Assembly (NCBI GenBank): GCA_964188305.1
Contig: OZ076886.1
From: Podarcis bocagei
Lineage: Eukaryota
DNA length: 64,000 nt
Reading direction: 5' to 3' (one strand)
Below are positions 12,279-24,693 of the stretch, piece after piece; the first letter of the stretch is position 1, and the number at the start of each line of letters is the position of its first letter. A program made the position numbers and the translations under genes. The notes beneath the pieces were generated by a model that was given only the letters and a program-made list of their open reading frames with translations, did not search any database and was not told the DNA's origin.

Positions 12279-14435
12279 TTTATTTATATCCCGCCCTCCC
12301 CAGCCACAGCCGGGCTCAGGGCGGCTAACAACAATCAAATAATCAGTCAAATAATCACACAATCTAAAAATATTTCATTATAAAAATTAATTAAATCAAA
12401 TTGATGGCAACCAATTAAGCAGAATTATGTGCAGGTTGCCAGAGGAGGGAGTCAGGCTGCGCCCTGACCAAAGGCCTGGCGGAACAACTCTGTCTTGCAG
12501 GCCCTGCGGAAAGATGTCAGGTCCCGCAGGGCCCTAGTCTCTTTTGACAGAGCATTCCACCAGTTTGGAGCTGCAGCCGAGAAGGCCCTGGCTCTAGTTG
12601 AGGCCAGCCTAACCTCTCTGAGGCCTGGGACCTTGAGGATGTTATTATTTGCAGACCGTAGGTTTCTCTGTGGGGCATACCAGGAGAGGCGGTCCCGTAG
12701 GTACGAGGGTCCTAGGCCGTATAGGGCTTTAAAGGTTAAAACCAGCACCTTAAACCTGATCCTGTACTCCACCGGGAGCCAGTGCAGCTGGTATAATACC
12801 GGATGAATGTGGTCTCGCAGCGAAGACCCCATAAGGAGTCTCGCCGCGGCATTCTGCACCCGCTGGAGTTTCTGGGTCAGTCTCAAGGGCAGCCCCACGT
12901 AGAGCGAGTTACAATAATCCAGTCTGGAGGTGACCGTCGCATGGATCACAGTGGCTAGGTCAGGACGAGAGAGATAAGGGGCCAACTGCTTAGCTTGGCG
13001 GAGATGAAAAAATGCCGCCTTTGTTATAGCTGTAATCTGCGACTCCATAGAAAGGGAGGTATCGAAGATTACACCCAAACTCTTAACGGCCGGTGCTGGC
13101 ACTAATTGCACCCCCGCAAGAGATGGGAGTTGCCCCCTCGATCCCATATCGTCCCGCCCCAGCCAGAGGACCTCTGTCTTCGAAGGATTTAACTTCAACC
13201 GGCTCCCACGTAACCATCCAGCCACAGCTTCCAGACATCTGGTCAGTGTGTCTGGGGCCGAGTCAGGATGGCCATCCATCAACAGATAGAGTTGGGTGTC
13301 ATCAGCATACTGATGGCAACCCAGCCCAAAACTCCGGACAAGCTGGGCGAGGGGGCGCATAAAGATGTTAAAAAGCATCGGGGAGAGAATTGCACCCTGA
13401 GGCACTCCACACACCAAGGAGTGGCGTGATGACAATTCCCCCCCAAGTGCCACCCTCTGTCCCCGACCAGAGAGAAACGAGCGCAGCCATTGAAGGACTG
13501 TGCCCTGGATCCCCACGTCGGCAAGGCGGTGGTCCAGGAGTTCGTGATCGACCATGTCAAAGGCTGCTGACAGATCTAGAAGAATCAGCAGCCCTGACCC
13601 GCCTCGATCCAGCTGCCTGCGGAGATCATCTGTTAGGGCGACCAGAGCCGTCTCGGTCCCATGACCAGCGCGGAAGCCGGACTGGAATGGGTCCAGAGCA
13701 GATGTTTCATCCAGAAACCTACCAAGCTGTTCAGCAACCGCTCTCTCAATCACCTTACCCAGGAATGGAAGATTCGAGACCGGGCGGTAATTGGATAGAT
13801 CTGAGGGATCTAATGATGTTTTCTTTAAGAGCGGACGCACCACCGCCTCCTTCAGTTCCCCTGGGAATATCCCGGTGCCAAGGGACAAATTGATGATATC
13901 CCCCAGGGGGCCCCGCACCTCGTCTGGACACGCTCTAATCAGCCATGACGGGCACGGGTCAAGAGGACAGGTGGTGGGCTTTCCAGCTTGGAGGAATCTG
14001 TCCACATCGGCTGGAGATATCCGGTCAAAGTGGTCCAATACTGGACCCGAGGACAGTCGAGGGGCCTCCAGTTCCTTTATTGTATCCAAATTGGCAGGGA
14101 GGTCATGGCGGAGCAACAGGACCTTCTCCGCAAAAAAGCTCGCAAATGCCTCACAGCTGTGTGTCAGATTGTTATTTAAATTTGGCTGTCCTTCAAGGGA
14201 CGTTAAAGACCGAATTATACTAAATAATTGCGCCGGGCGAGAGCTAGCGGATGCAATGGAGGCCGAGAAGTAAGACTTCTTAGCAGCCTTCACTGCCATC
14301 TCATAGGTTTTCATAAAAACCCTATAAGATGTTCTTGAGGCTCCGTCACGGGCACCCCGCCATACTCGCTCTAGCCGTCTGAGGTCCCGCTTCATTTTCC
14401 GAAGCTCCTCGGTAAACCAGGGAGCCCGGTTTCTG
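12250..14435 (-). mobile_element. Young 5'-truncated L2-clade LINE with (TTA)n tail
   Basis: Uninterrupted ORF, high CpG retention, L2-type 3' end GTTGTTAGCCGCCCTGAGCCCGGC...GGGCGGGATATAAATAAA and (TTA)n tail. Confidence 0.95.
12452..14395 (-). CDS. L2 ORF2 reverse transcriptase (N-terminally truncated, endonuclease absent)
   Basis: Motifs NYRPVSNLPFLGKVIE, QSGFR, LILLDLSAAFD, GVPQGAILSP, YADDTQLY, LNPSKTE, SRLDYCNS, LHWLPV. Confidence 0.95.
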   Translation of the reverse strand: MKRDLRRLERVWRGARDGASRTSYRVFMKTYEMAVKAAKKSYFSASIASASSRPAQLFSIIRSLTSLEGQPNLNNNLTHSCEAFASFFAEKVLLLRHDLPANLDTIKELEAPRLSSGPVLDHFDRISPADVDRFLQAGKPTTCPLDPCPSWLIRACPDEVRGPLGDIINLSLGTGIFPGELKEAVVRPLLKKTSLDPSDLSNYRPVSNLPFLGKVIERAVAEQLGRFLDETSALDPFQSGFRAGHGTETALVALTDDLRRQLDRGGSGLLILLDLSAAFDMVDHELLDHRLADVGIQGTVLQWLRSFLSGRGQRVALGGELSSRHSLVCGVPQGAILSPMLFNIFMRPLAQLVRSFGLGCHQYADDTQLYLLMDGHPDSAPDTLTRCLEAVAGWLRGSRLKLNPSKTEVLWLGRDDMGSRGQLPSLAGVQLVPAPAVKSLGVIFDTSLSMESQITAITKAAFFHLRQAKQLAPYLSRPDLATVIHATVTSRLDYCNSLYVGLPLRLTQKLQRVQNAAARLLMGSSLRDHIHPVLYQLHWLPVEYRIRFKVLVLTFKALYGLGPSYLRDRLSWYAPQRNLRSANNNILKVPGLREVRLASTRARAFSAAAPNWWNALSKETRALRDLTSFRRACKTELFRQAFGQGAA

Positions 14436-15918
14436 CAATCTGAATTTTAGAAACAATCTGAATTTTAGAAACAATCTGAATTTTAGAAGACATCTGAAGG
14501 CAGCCCTGTATCAGGAAGTTTTTAATGTTTGATATTTTAGTATGTTCTGATATATGCTGTGAGCCACCCAGAGTGGCTGGGGAAACCCAGCAAGTTGGGT
14601 GGGGTATAAATAATAAAATTACTACTACTACTACTACTACTACTACTATTATCATCATCTGGACTGGGACAGCTCCACCAAATTTTAATCAAAGTATGGT
14701 GAAAAGTGAGCCCATACTTTTACACAGAAGGGAAAGAATATTGTTTGAAGGTTGAAGGAAACAGACTATGAAATATGTATGCTATATGTATATATATTTA
14801 TGGGCATTTAATAGTATTCTTGAATGCATCTGTTCCATGAATCTATTATCAGGTGGCATCAACTTTACTACAAAATACAACTTGCCATGAGCTGGAGAAG
14901 GTACACATCTGGGCCCTCATCCTCTGTTTGGAGAAAACCCTTAAAAATGAATAAACCAGCTATCCTTGCTCTAGAATAACATATACATTCAACAATATGG
15001 TAAAGTTCTTTCTCTGAAAAAGAAACATAAAGTGTGTGCAAGCCTTTTGCCCATCAGTCACTAGGCATCAATATGCCCTTCCTATTTTGGACAAGACAGA
15101 AATGTCATGTCACTGAATTTCCTCACCCACATCCCATTGACATACAGTATGAGGAAGACAGGCATCAGCAAAATCTAAGAGCTACTATGGTAGAACGAGA
15201 TCAGTGCTTCTAGTGGTGATTAGCAACAGTTGCTGTATATCAAGCAATAAATAAGCAACTCTTGATGGGATCATTCCTCTGGGAACTGGCCACCAGGGCA
15301 ATGAAGTTCAAGGACTAATTACATATTGCATGCAAAGTACTTTCTTTTGTTTTGAAAAGTATCTGCATTTCATCTACTAGGTGGGCTCAACTTCGCAAAT
15401 TTATTTTAAACACTGCAGTTTTCAAAATGCAGCAAATACACAAAAAAGCACAACATGCTTGGGACAAACAAACAGATCTCATGCATTTTGGTAGCATAAT
15501 GCAGCATGGTCTGGGTGACCTCCAGGATTGTGCAAGCAGATTTTCCCTTCCTCGTCTCTCCTGCAGCCCCATTTGCCTCCCAAATCTGCTCCAGAGGACC
15601 TGTCAAACTTCTAAAGTCATTTGGGGTGTGTGTGGGAGGCTGCAGGGGAAAGGAAAGCAAGACTAAGTCCCATTACATGAGTCTGTTTCACTAGCGGATG
15701 GGCACAATTGGACCCTAGGGCTTTGATTGCTCATGGACTTATTTTCTTGCTTAAACTGATTTTAAGTAGGCTTTTAAAAATATATAATGAAAGAAATGGA
15801 TAGTGTCTGTTTATGTGGTAAAACTGGTCAAAGAAAGAAGAACAATGTATTCTACAAAGTGGCAAAGAAATGTTTAACCACCTGCTCACAGTGCTCCTGT
15901 TTGCTCAGGCGAACATAC

Positions 15919-15988
15919 CTAGTTCAGCACAGACAGCTGCTAAAGTGTGCACTGCCCAGAGCAAAACAATCCATTCTACAAAATCCAT
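15919..15988 (-). CDS. Candidate first coding segment: signal peptide MDFVEWIVLLWAVHTLAAVCAEL(G), within exon 15919-16165
   Basis: Strong acceptor (tctttttctttttttag, exon start 16165). ATGG start, hydrophobic core with V-C-A cleavage-like motif. Ends at donor CTAG|GTATGT in phase 1; 70 nt is typical of signal-peptide exons. Confidence 0.6.
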
Positions 15989-16584
15989 GAGAAGAGAATC
16001 TTAGGCAGGAAGAGTGTAGCTCCACAAGCACAGGTTAATAAGCAGTTTACTGTATTCCTGGCAAAGTACCCTTTCAGCTTCTTAACACCACTGCTCTTAA
16101 GTGGCTAGTCTTGAGAACGAAGTTGCCGCTGCAGGTTGTGGCAGTGCACTTCATGCTATGGCTGTCTAAAAAAAGAAAAAGACATGTGTGTGTGTCAAGA
16201 TTTGAAAGACTCCTAAATCCCAAGATGAAATGAGGTGTCTCAGAGGGATTTGGGATGTGTCCAAGGCAAAATGGGATCTGTACAAGATGTTATGAGCTGA
16301 AGCAAGGACCCTTTGAAGCCCTTCTTAGTGTCTTGGCAATCCAGGCATCATAAAATGCTGCAGACAAGGGCCCACTAAAAGCAGAAGTCTCTAAACTTGC
16401 CATAAAAGGAATAATGATAGGGTGGAGTGATGGGGTAAGGTAGAACAAGCACCAGAGTTGGGAGACAGTGGAGGGAAAATTTCATTATGACTGGTTTGTC
16501 AGAGGTAAAACGTTTAATCAGGGGGAATACGCACGAGTCACAAGAAACTCAGAAGAGTGTATAGAGGATGCCTAAGTCACTTAT

Positions 16585-16936
16585 GGGGACGTGGGTGGCG
16601 CGGTGGGTTAAACCAGAGAGCCTAGGGCTTGTCGATCAGAAGGTCGGCGGTTTGAAACCCCACGACGGGGTGAGCTCCCGTCGCTCGGTCCCAGCTCCTG
16701 CCAACCTAGCAGTTCGAAAGCACGTCAAAGTGCAAGTAGATAAATAGGTGCTGCTTCAGCAGGAAGATAAATGGTGTTTCCATGTGCTGCTCTGGTTCAC
16801 CAGAAGCGGCTTAGTCATGCTGGCCACATGACCCGGAAGCTGTACGCCGGCTCCCTCGGCCAGTAGAGCGAGATGAGCGCCGCAACCCCAGAGTTGTCCG
16901 AGACTGGACCTAACGGTCAGGGGGTCCCTTTACCTT
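16585..16936 (+). mobile_element. Sauria SINE
   Basis: GGGACGTGGGTGGCGC head, (ACCTTT) tail, TSD TAAGTCACTTAT (16573-16584, 16937-16948). Confidence 0.95.
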
Positions 16937-19489
16937 TAAGTCACTTATACTTTCTCTTTCAACTCATTGGGATAAAGTGTGAACTGGGTCTCAGAATGCA
17001 AAGCTGGCTGCAACTTCTTGACTTGGGGTGTGTATTCTACAAATGAGCGCAAGGATTTCCACTTGAACAATATGAATTCCCCCCTCCCACCTGTATCCTT
17101 TTTGCTCCAGAGGATTGGGGGAACCCCTAGGACAGATTTAGGGGGCTTGCAGGGGTAGGAGAGGGGGAGAACATCCCCTTATGCAAGCAGAAATCGTTGC
17201 ACTGATGGAATGATTGCCTTAGCGCTACACTGGATTCCCACCCTTGTAGCCACATCCACATGATATGTTTAAAGCACATATTTATACCACACGGCTTCTC
17301 GCAAAGAATCCTGGGAATTGCAGTTTACCCACCACAGAACTACAATTCCCAGCATTCTTAACAAACTAAAGTTCCCAGTATACTTTGGGGAAAGCTTTTA
17401 GTGTGGATGTGACTGAAGGCACATAATATTCTCAATTGCTATTAAGAATAAGAGTAATTTATTGTCTGTTAAATTGTTAACAGGCCTGTGTGGCATGGAC
17501 AAAGCACTTCTTTTTTTGGAAAAGAGCAGCAGCAGATGGCAGCATCCTGAGCTGGCTTTCAACGCCAGGATCCTAGTATTGATGCACATATTCCCAAAGT
17601 GCCATTCACATCCGGACAGTGGTTTGTAAACTGTTGCTTTTGACAAAATCTTGACATTGTTTTGTCTGATTCTTGCTCAGGAAAGGGAAGCTGGGGAAAG
17701 AGGATGTTCACCAGTTGCCAAGAAAGCAGGTGGACAGAGGCCACACACTCAAGACTGGAAGGTTTGGCAAAAGTGCTAGCTTGATTCCAGATTAGAGCAT
17801 TGATCAAGATTCTTCCAGCAGCTATGTTTCAGTCTTAGCAGGTGATTCATCAGAGGCACACTGAGAGAAGCAGAGTAAGGGAAGCAGCGGCAGCAACATA
17901 ATTGACTCTAATAGAGATTTTCTGGAGTGACATCACAGCTTGAGCCTGGCCTGAGGTATGTTTGGAGAAGGCACCGTTTCTGTCAGATGCCTGTGGAGCC
18001 CATTAGTCATAGCTGCCTGTCCCTGGATGCTTTGGAAGCTGTGTGGCAGCTGTGAGGCACATGGGCCATTTTTCTTGGGCAAACACCTTCTTCCAGCTGC
18101 TACTACTGGCATTTAAATGCTGGACTGGGCTAGAAAGCAGGAAGGATGGGACCAGAACGGCCTCTTCCTGAAGGGCAAGTTTATGTGCAGAAGTAACTAG
18201 GGAGAGAGGATCAGTCAAAAGGTCTGAGCAGCAGTAAATATAATACATGTTGGGGGGGTCTCTTCAGCTTCCAAGACATGTCACACAGACAAAATCAGTG
18301 ACCCCAATATCTCTTACAATGGAAAACTGTCTGTGGGTGTTCATCTAATTTCATCTGAAGTGGCCGGGAGGGGTTTTTTTTAATCATACCTTTGCAGCAA
18401 AGATGCCTGCACTTGGACTGCTTTGGACGGCATCAAAACTGCATCAGCAACTCTTCCACATAACCACAGGGTTCCCGAGTTAACAAAGCAGGATGACCCG
18501 CACCTCGGGGTTGTTGTACGGTACTCTGGGTTCATCCACACTTGTGCAGTCCTGTGCCTACAAAGCATGGGTCTGAGAGTTTTTCCATTTGCCCTGCCAC
18601 TTCCCCCAGGAAATCCCACTCACTAGTATGGAATTGGAGCAAATGTCAGTCCATGGAAAACTTGATTGATGTTTGTTCCAATTCAGCAGCAAAGAGTGGG
18701 TTTCCCTGGAGGGAAGCAGCAGGCCAAGAGGGCTGAGCCCTCTGTCACAGCTTTAGTCACCCACCTCCCCAAATCCCTGAGAGGTAAAACAACAGCTGCA
18801 TGCCTTGTATGAGGCTGCCTACTGCACTATTTGAATTACTGGGCAAAATATGCAAATAGTAAAAAAAGAGAGCACATTCTTTGAGACAGCAGAATGTGCT
18901 TGCTGCTTACAAGATGCAGAAATCAAGGCAAACACCTCATTTTCAGTGCCTGTGCTTTATGGTGCATGGGTGAATCTGCAAGCGCCTTAACTTGAAGGGG
19001 TTGTTTTGATCCTAGATTAAATGTAAATGCATATAATCCTAAACCAAGGAGTACAAAACAAGAGAATGAAATGTAACAATATGTCTAAAGCAGCCAAATA
19101 GAAGACATTATATGTGAACAATGCTGCAAAGCCACAAACCCACACTCACAGGAAGATCTGCACTACATACATTGATACCTGTGAAGATCCTGTGCTGTGT
19201 GCTACCCTACTTTCTTTGGGCAAACCTTCCCCGTTATCATCCGTCCTGTCCACAGTAGGCAACTGTCAAAACCATGGGGTTTGCCAGAAACTGAAAACCT
19301 CATGCAGTTCAGAGGCATCCTGAACCAATGCATGTGTGCTCAGTAGTCAGTCCTACTGTGTTTCATGACACATTCCCTAGTAAGTGTGCATAGGACTGCA
19401 GCCTAAGGATGGCAGTGTTTCATCATACTCTTAAAAACCTATGCATCTGGATCATAAACCCTTGCGTGCACTGATCTGAAGTGACTAGA

Positions 19490-19625
19490 TAGGATGGCTC
19501 CCCATTGGAAGCTGTTAAGGAGAGGCTGGATGGCCACCTATCGCAAATGCTACAGAAGTGGGCTTTGCGCATTGGCAGGGGTTGGACTGGATGACCTTTG
19601 GAGTTCTTTCCCAACTCTTATGAAA
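19490..19625 (+). mobile_element. CR1 LINE 3' end fragment
   Basis: GAGAGGCTGGATGGCCACCT...GGGGTTGGACTGGATGACC...CCCAACTCT. Confidence 0.75.
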
Positions 19626-22600
19626 CTAAGAATGGTGGAACCCTGGCAGGGCTGGGCAGCCCATGTTCACACTGTAGTTTCCATGCCTGCAAATAATTTC
19701 CAGATTGGAACAAACGAACCTCAAAAAATGTTTGGGTGCAAACTTTCCCTCCCATATTCCCCTTTTTAATGCTCAAAGAAGAAGAACTTTAGTGAGGAAT
19801 CAAAGCCCAATGGCAGAACTGGGTTATGGGTTCAACCTTGGTGTCTGCAGGGACAGGCAATGGAAAAGCCCTTCTCCACCTGAGATGCTGGACAGCACCT
19901 GCCAGGCAGAGTAGACGATGCTGAGCCAAATGGATAAAAAGTCTTACTTGTATATAGTAGCTTCCCATGTCCTTATTTCTTTTTTTAAACTGCTTTACTA
20001 AATGTGCAGAAAACTCATAAATATACATATAAATAAGATGGCAAGGATCCTACAAGGTCACTCAGTGGGCAGCCCCCTTGAACATTAAGATGGGATTAAT
20101 TATATCCAATGTGTGTGTGTGTGTGTGTTTTTAAAAAAATGTCTGTGATCTATTATTAAAAACTTCCACTGGTAGGAAATCCACGGCCTCCGTTGCTAAG
20201 TTGGTTCTCTGATGAATTGCTCATGTGGTGGGAACATTATAATGGCTGCAGTTCTAAAAGGTTTCAATCTTGCTGTTCTAATTCTCTAGTTTGCTTTAAA
20301 AAAAAAACAGGAAGAAGAAAAAGAAGTGGTGTAAAGTAACAATAACCTCTGGAAGATCACTTAGTGAAATGGTGCTTTTAAAGACCTCGAGGGCAAGGCC
20401 CAGCTAGTGATGGAGGCTGTTGGGAAACACAGCAGAAGAGGAATTGTATTGGGCTGTTTTTGCAGTATAACCTCAGGGCAAGCTGTGCAGGCGTGGCACA
20501 TTAGGGGTGGGGATGGATCCTGGTGCCACTTCCAAAAGGCTGCTGCTGGTGGTGCCAAAGGCAACTGAGATCAGAATCAAGCTCACTGCCTTCATGTTTA
20601 AATATTAAACCAGCAAAGCACAGTCATTTGTCTCTGTTCTTTAATTTTTAAACTTGGTGAATTTTGTGTTGGTGCACAACTGACAGGGGCTGAGTAGGTG
20701 CAGAATCCACCCCCCCCCCGTGCAGGAACAGCCTGGGAGTGTCATATGTGAGGGAATAAAGATGGGGTAAGTCTATTCAGTAGATTAAAAACAAATGAGT
20801 CCCTCTTCCAATAGTAGGAACACTTCCAGGCTGCTTCTTTTCTCAGGTAGGGTTAAATCAAATATTGGCAAATTCAGGTTGTGCAATTACAGCTGATGGT
20901 GAGGTCTTGCACAACAAACCTTCTCCCCCACCCCCAAAAACTGACTTTTTGTGGTAAGGAAAGTGATGGGAAAGGCAATGGAAAGTGTGGTAATAATACT
21001 TGGTTGTTGCAACTGTCACCAAACCTCCACACAAACAAATCAGAACGAATGCTCAATAAACAGGTTATTTGGAAGCATCCTAAGATGGCCTTAAGGTGCT
21101 GTAGTAATTTAAATTTCTTTGACTTCTCCAAAAGCTGCTCACAGGCAAAGAATGAAAAAAAAGGAGGGTGTCAGTTTTCTGCACTAAGTTGGGAAAACTT
21201 TGGTCCTTCCAGTGTTGTTGGACTGCAACTGCTGTAATTCCTTTCTATTGATTGTAATGGCTGCACTGATGGGAGCTGTAGTTCAACGCATCTAGAGGAT
21301 CAGAGGCTTCCCCATTCCCAATCTATTGCCTGTACTACATGCGTGCTCTTTCTTCAACCAACCACTCCTACTTGGGTTTTCACTTCAGCATTCCTCTGAA
21401 GGTCTGAACAATGCTAACTAAACAATCTTCTGCCCATAGGCACTTTCCCCCCTCAAGAACAGAAATTTCATTCTAAGAAACCCTTAGCACTCTATAGGTC
21501 TCTCAGCATGATCAAGCTCCTTATCATTTTAGGCAAATAAATCAGTAGCTACTTTGCCAGTGTGCAATTGAAATGATTCCTAAAATACATTGAGATGTAT
21601 TTGTACATATCCATCTCTCTCACCCATGCTTCATCCTACTTCTCCTTTGCCCGTCATGTCTAAATTTACAATGTAAGCTCCTCAGGGCAGAGATCTGTCA
21701 ATTGCGCTTCTGTTGCTCTGTCAAGGGCTGCCATGCACATTCATTACATAAATAAATAACAACGGTTTTTTCCTCATTTGTAGCATACTGTCCGCTTGTC
21801 TTCCCTTGAGGCTATGCTTTTTTATTGTGGAGCAAATATGTTTTCCCAGCACTCAAAACAATATTTTGTCACTGGGAAAAATGAGTTTCTTCTTCACACA
21901 GATAGCATACATCCATTTCCCTTAGAGCTGCCATACAGCATGTGGTTGTGAAACTGTCACAGCCCCCTAATGAATATGGCTTTCAACTTGACTAGTGAGA
22001 AGCTCCACAACTATCCCCGTTATGACCATATTTTTGATCCTCTATTTTTTTTAAAAGTATCTGACAGTTATGTGTTTTCTTGTATTACAGCTCCAGCAGG
22101 TGAGTGTACGTCTAATCTTTCTTCTTTTTTAAGATACTGATGGTCAGCAATGGGATCCTCATCACCCAGTGACTCTCCAAAAGATCACAGGCTTGTTCGA
22201 ACCAGAGAAACTATACTTAGGCATTGGGGACATGATGGGAAATTGGTTCCTCTTTAGTTAGAAGCAGTACAGTAGAGTAGAGATGGGCCAAGACAAAGTG
22301 CCACCATTCAGAAAGAAACTCAACAAATAAGATAAGCACAGCAGAGCAGAGGTATCTGAGGGTGAAGGTCTTGCTCGTGGTCCCTATCAGTAGAAGGTAG
22401 CATGAAGAACAACGACTTGAGACAAGTCCCCCCCCCCATCCCAGGTTTCCAATTTCAGGCCAGAAATACTAACCATGATGACTGTATATTACCCCTAACA
22501 TCAGATACGGTATACCTCAAAATACCAGAATGCCATCTCAGTGGCGGTACCTGAGATATGACCCTCCCTTTCAAGGGAAACCAGGCAGTCAGTGGCATTC

Positions 22601-22940
22601 AGGAAATGTAGCAATATTTTATTTTTCCAGGGTTTGGGGCTTTTACAAAGTTTTCACACTCTGGTTTAAACTGCTGTCTGCAACATGTTAAGAGCTTTGT
22701 TGTTGTTGTTTAAAAATGTAATTTTATTATTGTGAGCTGGAGGAAGGGAAAGCTATACATTTGAAATAATAAAAAATAGCTATGGAAAGCTTTAGCCCCC
22801 CCCCCCCAATCTGTCTACTGTCACTTTAAAGCTGTCCTCAAGCTGTTGATGGCCACCATATATTTTGGCTATGTGAGGTGAGAAGAAGTACTTCCTTATT
22901 ACTTTAACAATTAAAAGCACAATCCTAAGACCTAAAGAGT

Positions 22941-23290
22941 GGGACACTGATGGCACTGTGGTCTAAACCACAGAGCCCAGGGCTTGCCGATCAGAAGGTT
23001 GGCGGTTCGAATCCCCGCGACGGGGTGAGCTCCCGCTGCTTGGTCCCTGCTCTTGCCAACCTAGCAGTTTGAAAGCATGTCAAAGTGCAAGTAGATAAAT
23101 AGGCACCGCTCCGGTGGGAAGGTAAATGGCATTTCTGTGTGCTGCTCTGGTTCGCCTGAAGCAGCTTAGTCATGCTGGCCACATGACCTGGAAGCTGTAT
23201 GCTGGCTCCCTCGGCCAGTAAAGTGAGATGAGCGCCACAATCCCAAAGTTGTCCGCGACTGGACCTAATGGTCAGCGGTCCCTTTACCTT
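22941..23290 (+). mobile_element. Sauria SINE
   Basis: Full-length copy, TSD TAAGACCTAAAGAGT (22926-22940, 23291-23305). Confidence 0.95.
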
Positions 23291-24444
23291 TAAGACCTAA
23301 AGAGTTCCATGGAGCTGACTCCTACTGAGTGTGAATAAGCTTGCAGCAATTCTATGAAAACTGACCTATGCATAGGCCTCATCAAATACAGTGCAACTGA
23401 TGTCTGAGGACTGTGCTATAAGAGCCACTGCACAACACGCGGTGCACACGCACACGCACACACATTGCTTAGCCTGAGTAATGTAATGTCGGAGCTGTAA
23501 ACTAATGCAAGATCCCATCTCTTCTGTGCAAAGAAAAATGGCAAGTTGCACTGAGCAGGGGTTGTGCTGGTGTCTTGCTTCAGTTGTCACTGTTATCTCA
23601 TCAGAAGTGACTCAGAGTTCCTTTCCCTTTTCTTTCTCTCCACTTCAGAAAGCTTAAACAATTTTGCTGTCAAAAATAAATAAATATCTCTGTCTTTTAA
23701 GGCTGTACAGGGATGTAAAGTAGCAGAACTGTACATTGTACATCCTACCATATTGTATTATGAGGGCCTTGTGGGAGTATTGTGCAGGATCAACAATGCA
23801 CTTGGGGCATATAGAGATACCACAATAACAGAACGTGCATTATGAGATGCATGTATTATCTCCAGCTCTGACAAACGTCTTAGGATCAATACAATAAAAT
23901 GAGTTGTTTCAGTCAGGTTTTTTTTTAAAATGTGGAATTGAATTTGGAGCTGTCTTCTGAAAGAAAGGTGGTCTATGTGTATGTGAGTGGCTCTGCCATA
24001 AATAATCTGATTGATATATAGGGTTAGATTAAATTCATGGGGGTGGGGGCTATCAACAGCTACCAGCTGTGATTGCTCTGCCTTCATGGTTAGAGGCAGT
24101 GGTGCTTCTGAGGACCAGTTTCTAGAAACCACAAGAGGGGAGAGTACCCTTCTTTGTCTGAATCCTGCTTACAGGTTTCCCACAGGTATCTGATTGGCAA
24201 CTGTGTGAACAGGCTGCTGTGCTGGATGGGCCATAGGCCTGATCCTGCAGGCTCTAGTTCCTTTGTCTATAAGGACTTTCCCATCCACAAAGGCCATATG
24301 GTTACGATCATATTGCAAATAATACGCTATCTGGCTGTGTAACTTAGTCAAAATAACATTCTACCTTTAGTAGATGTACATCTAGCATTTTAACTGTCTA
24401 CTCACAGGGCAAACTTGTACTCAGTGCAGATTTACTCAGAAGTA

Positions 24445-24693
24445 ACGTACCTTGGTTGATGAATGCCTTGCAACTTGAATGTTTTGGCTGCCAAACGCCA
24501 CAAACCCAGAAGTGAGTGTTCTGGTTTGCAAACGTTCTTTGGGACCCCAACATCCGACACGGCTTCCGAAGCTTCCAATTGGCTGCAGGAGCTTCCTGCA
24601 GCCAATCAGAAACCGTGCCTTGGTTTCCAAATGTTTCAGAAGTTGAACAGACTTCCAGAACAGTTTCTGTTCGACTTCCGAGGTACCACTGTA
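24445..24693. mobile_element. Tigger/pogo-like TcMar MITE
   Basis: Right end CGAGGTACCACTG+TA, decayed left end GTACCTTGG, central palindrome TTGGCTGCAGGAGCTTCCTGCAGCCAA. Confidence 0.75.

Larger units (their letters stand above)
12030..14620 (+). mobile_element. L2 3' fragment (host), split into ~12030-12250 and ~14436-14620 by a younger L2
   Basis: Encodes LLVLTFKALNSLGPVYLMERL. The tail GATGTCAAGGAAATAA...TTAGAAGACATCTGAAGGCAGCCC...GGGGTATAAATAATAAA matches the uninterrupted copy at 39625-39855. Confidence 0.85.

Noticed and set aside
12495-14273. Several + strand ORFs over the L2
   Set aside because: Antisense shadows of the RT ORF.
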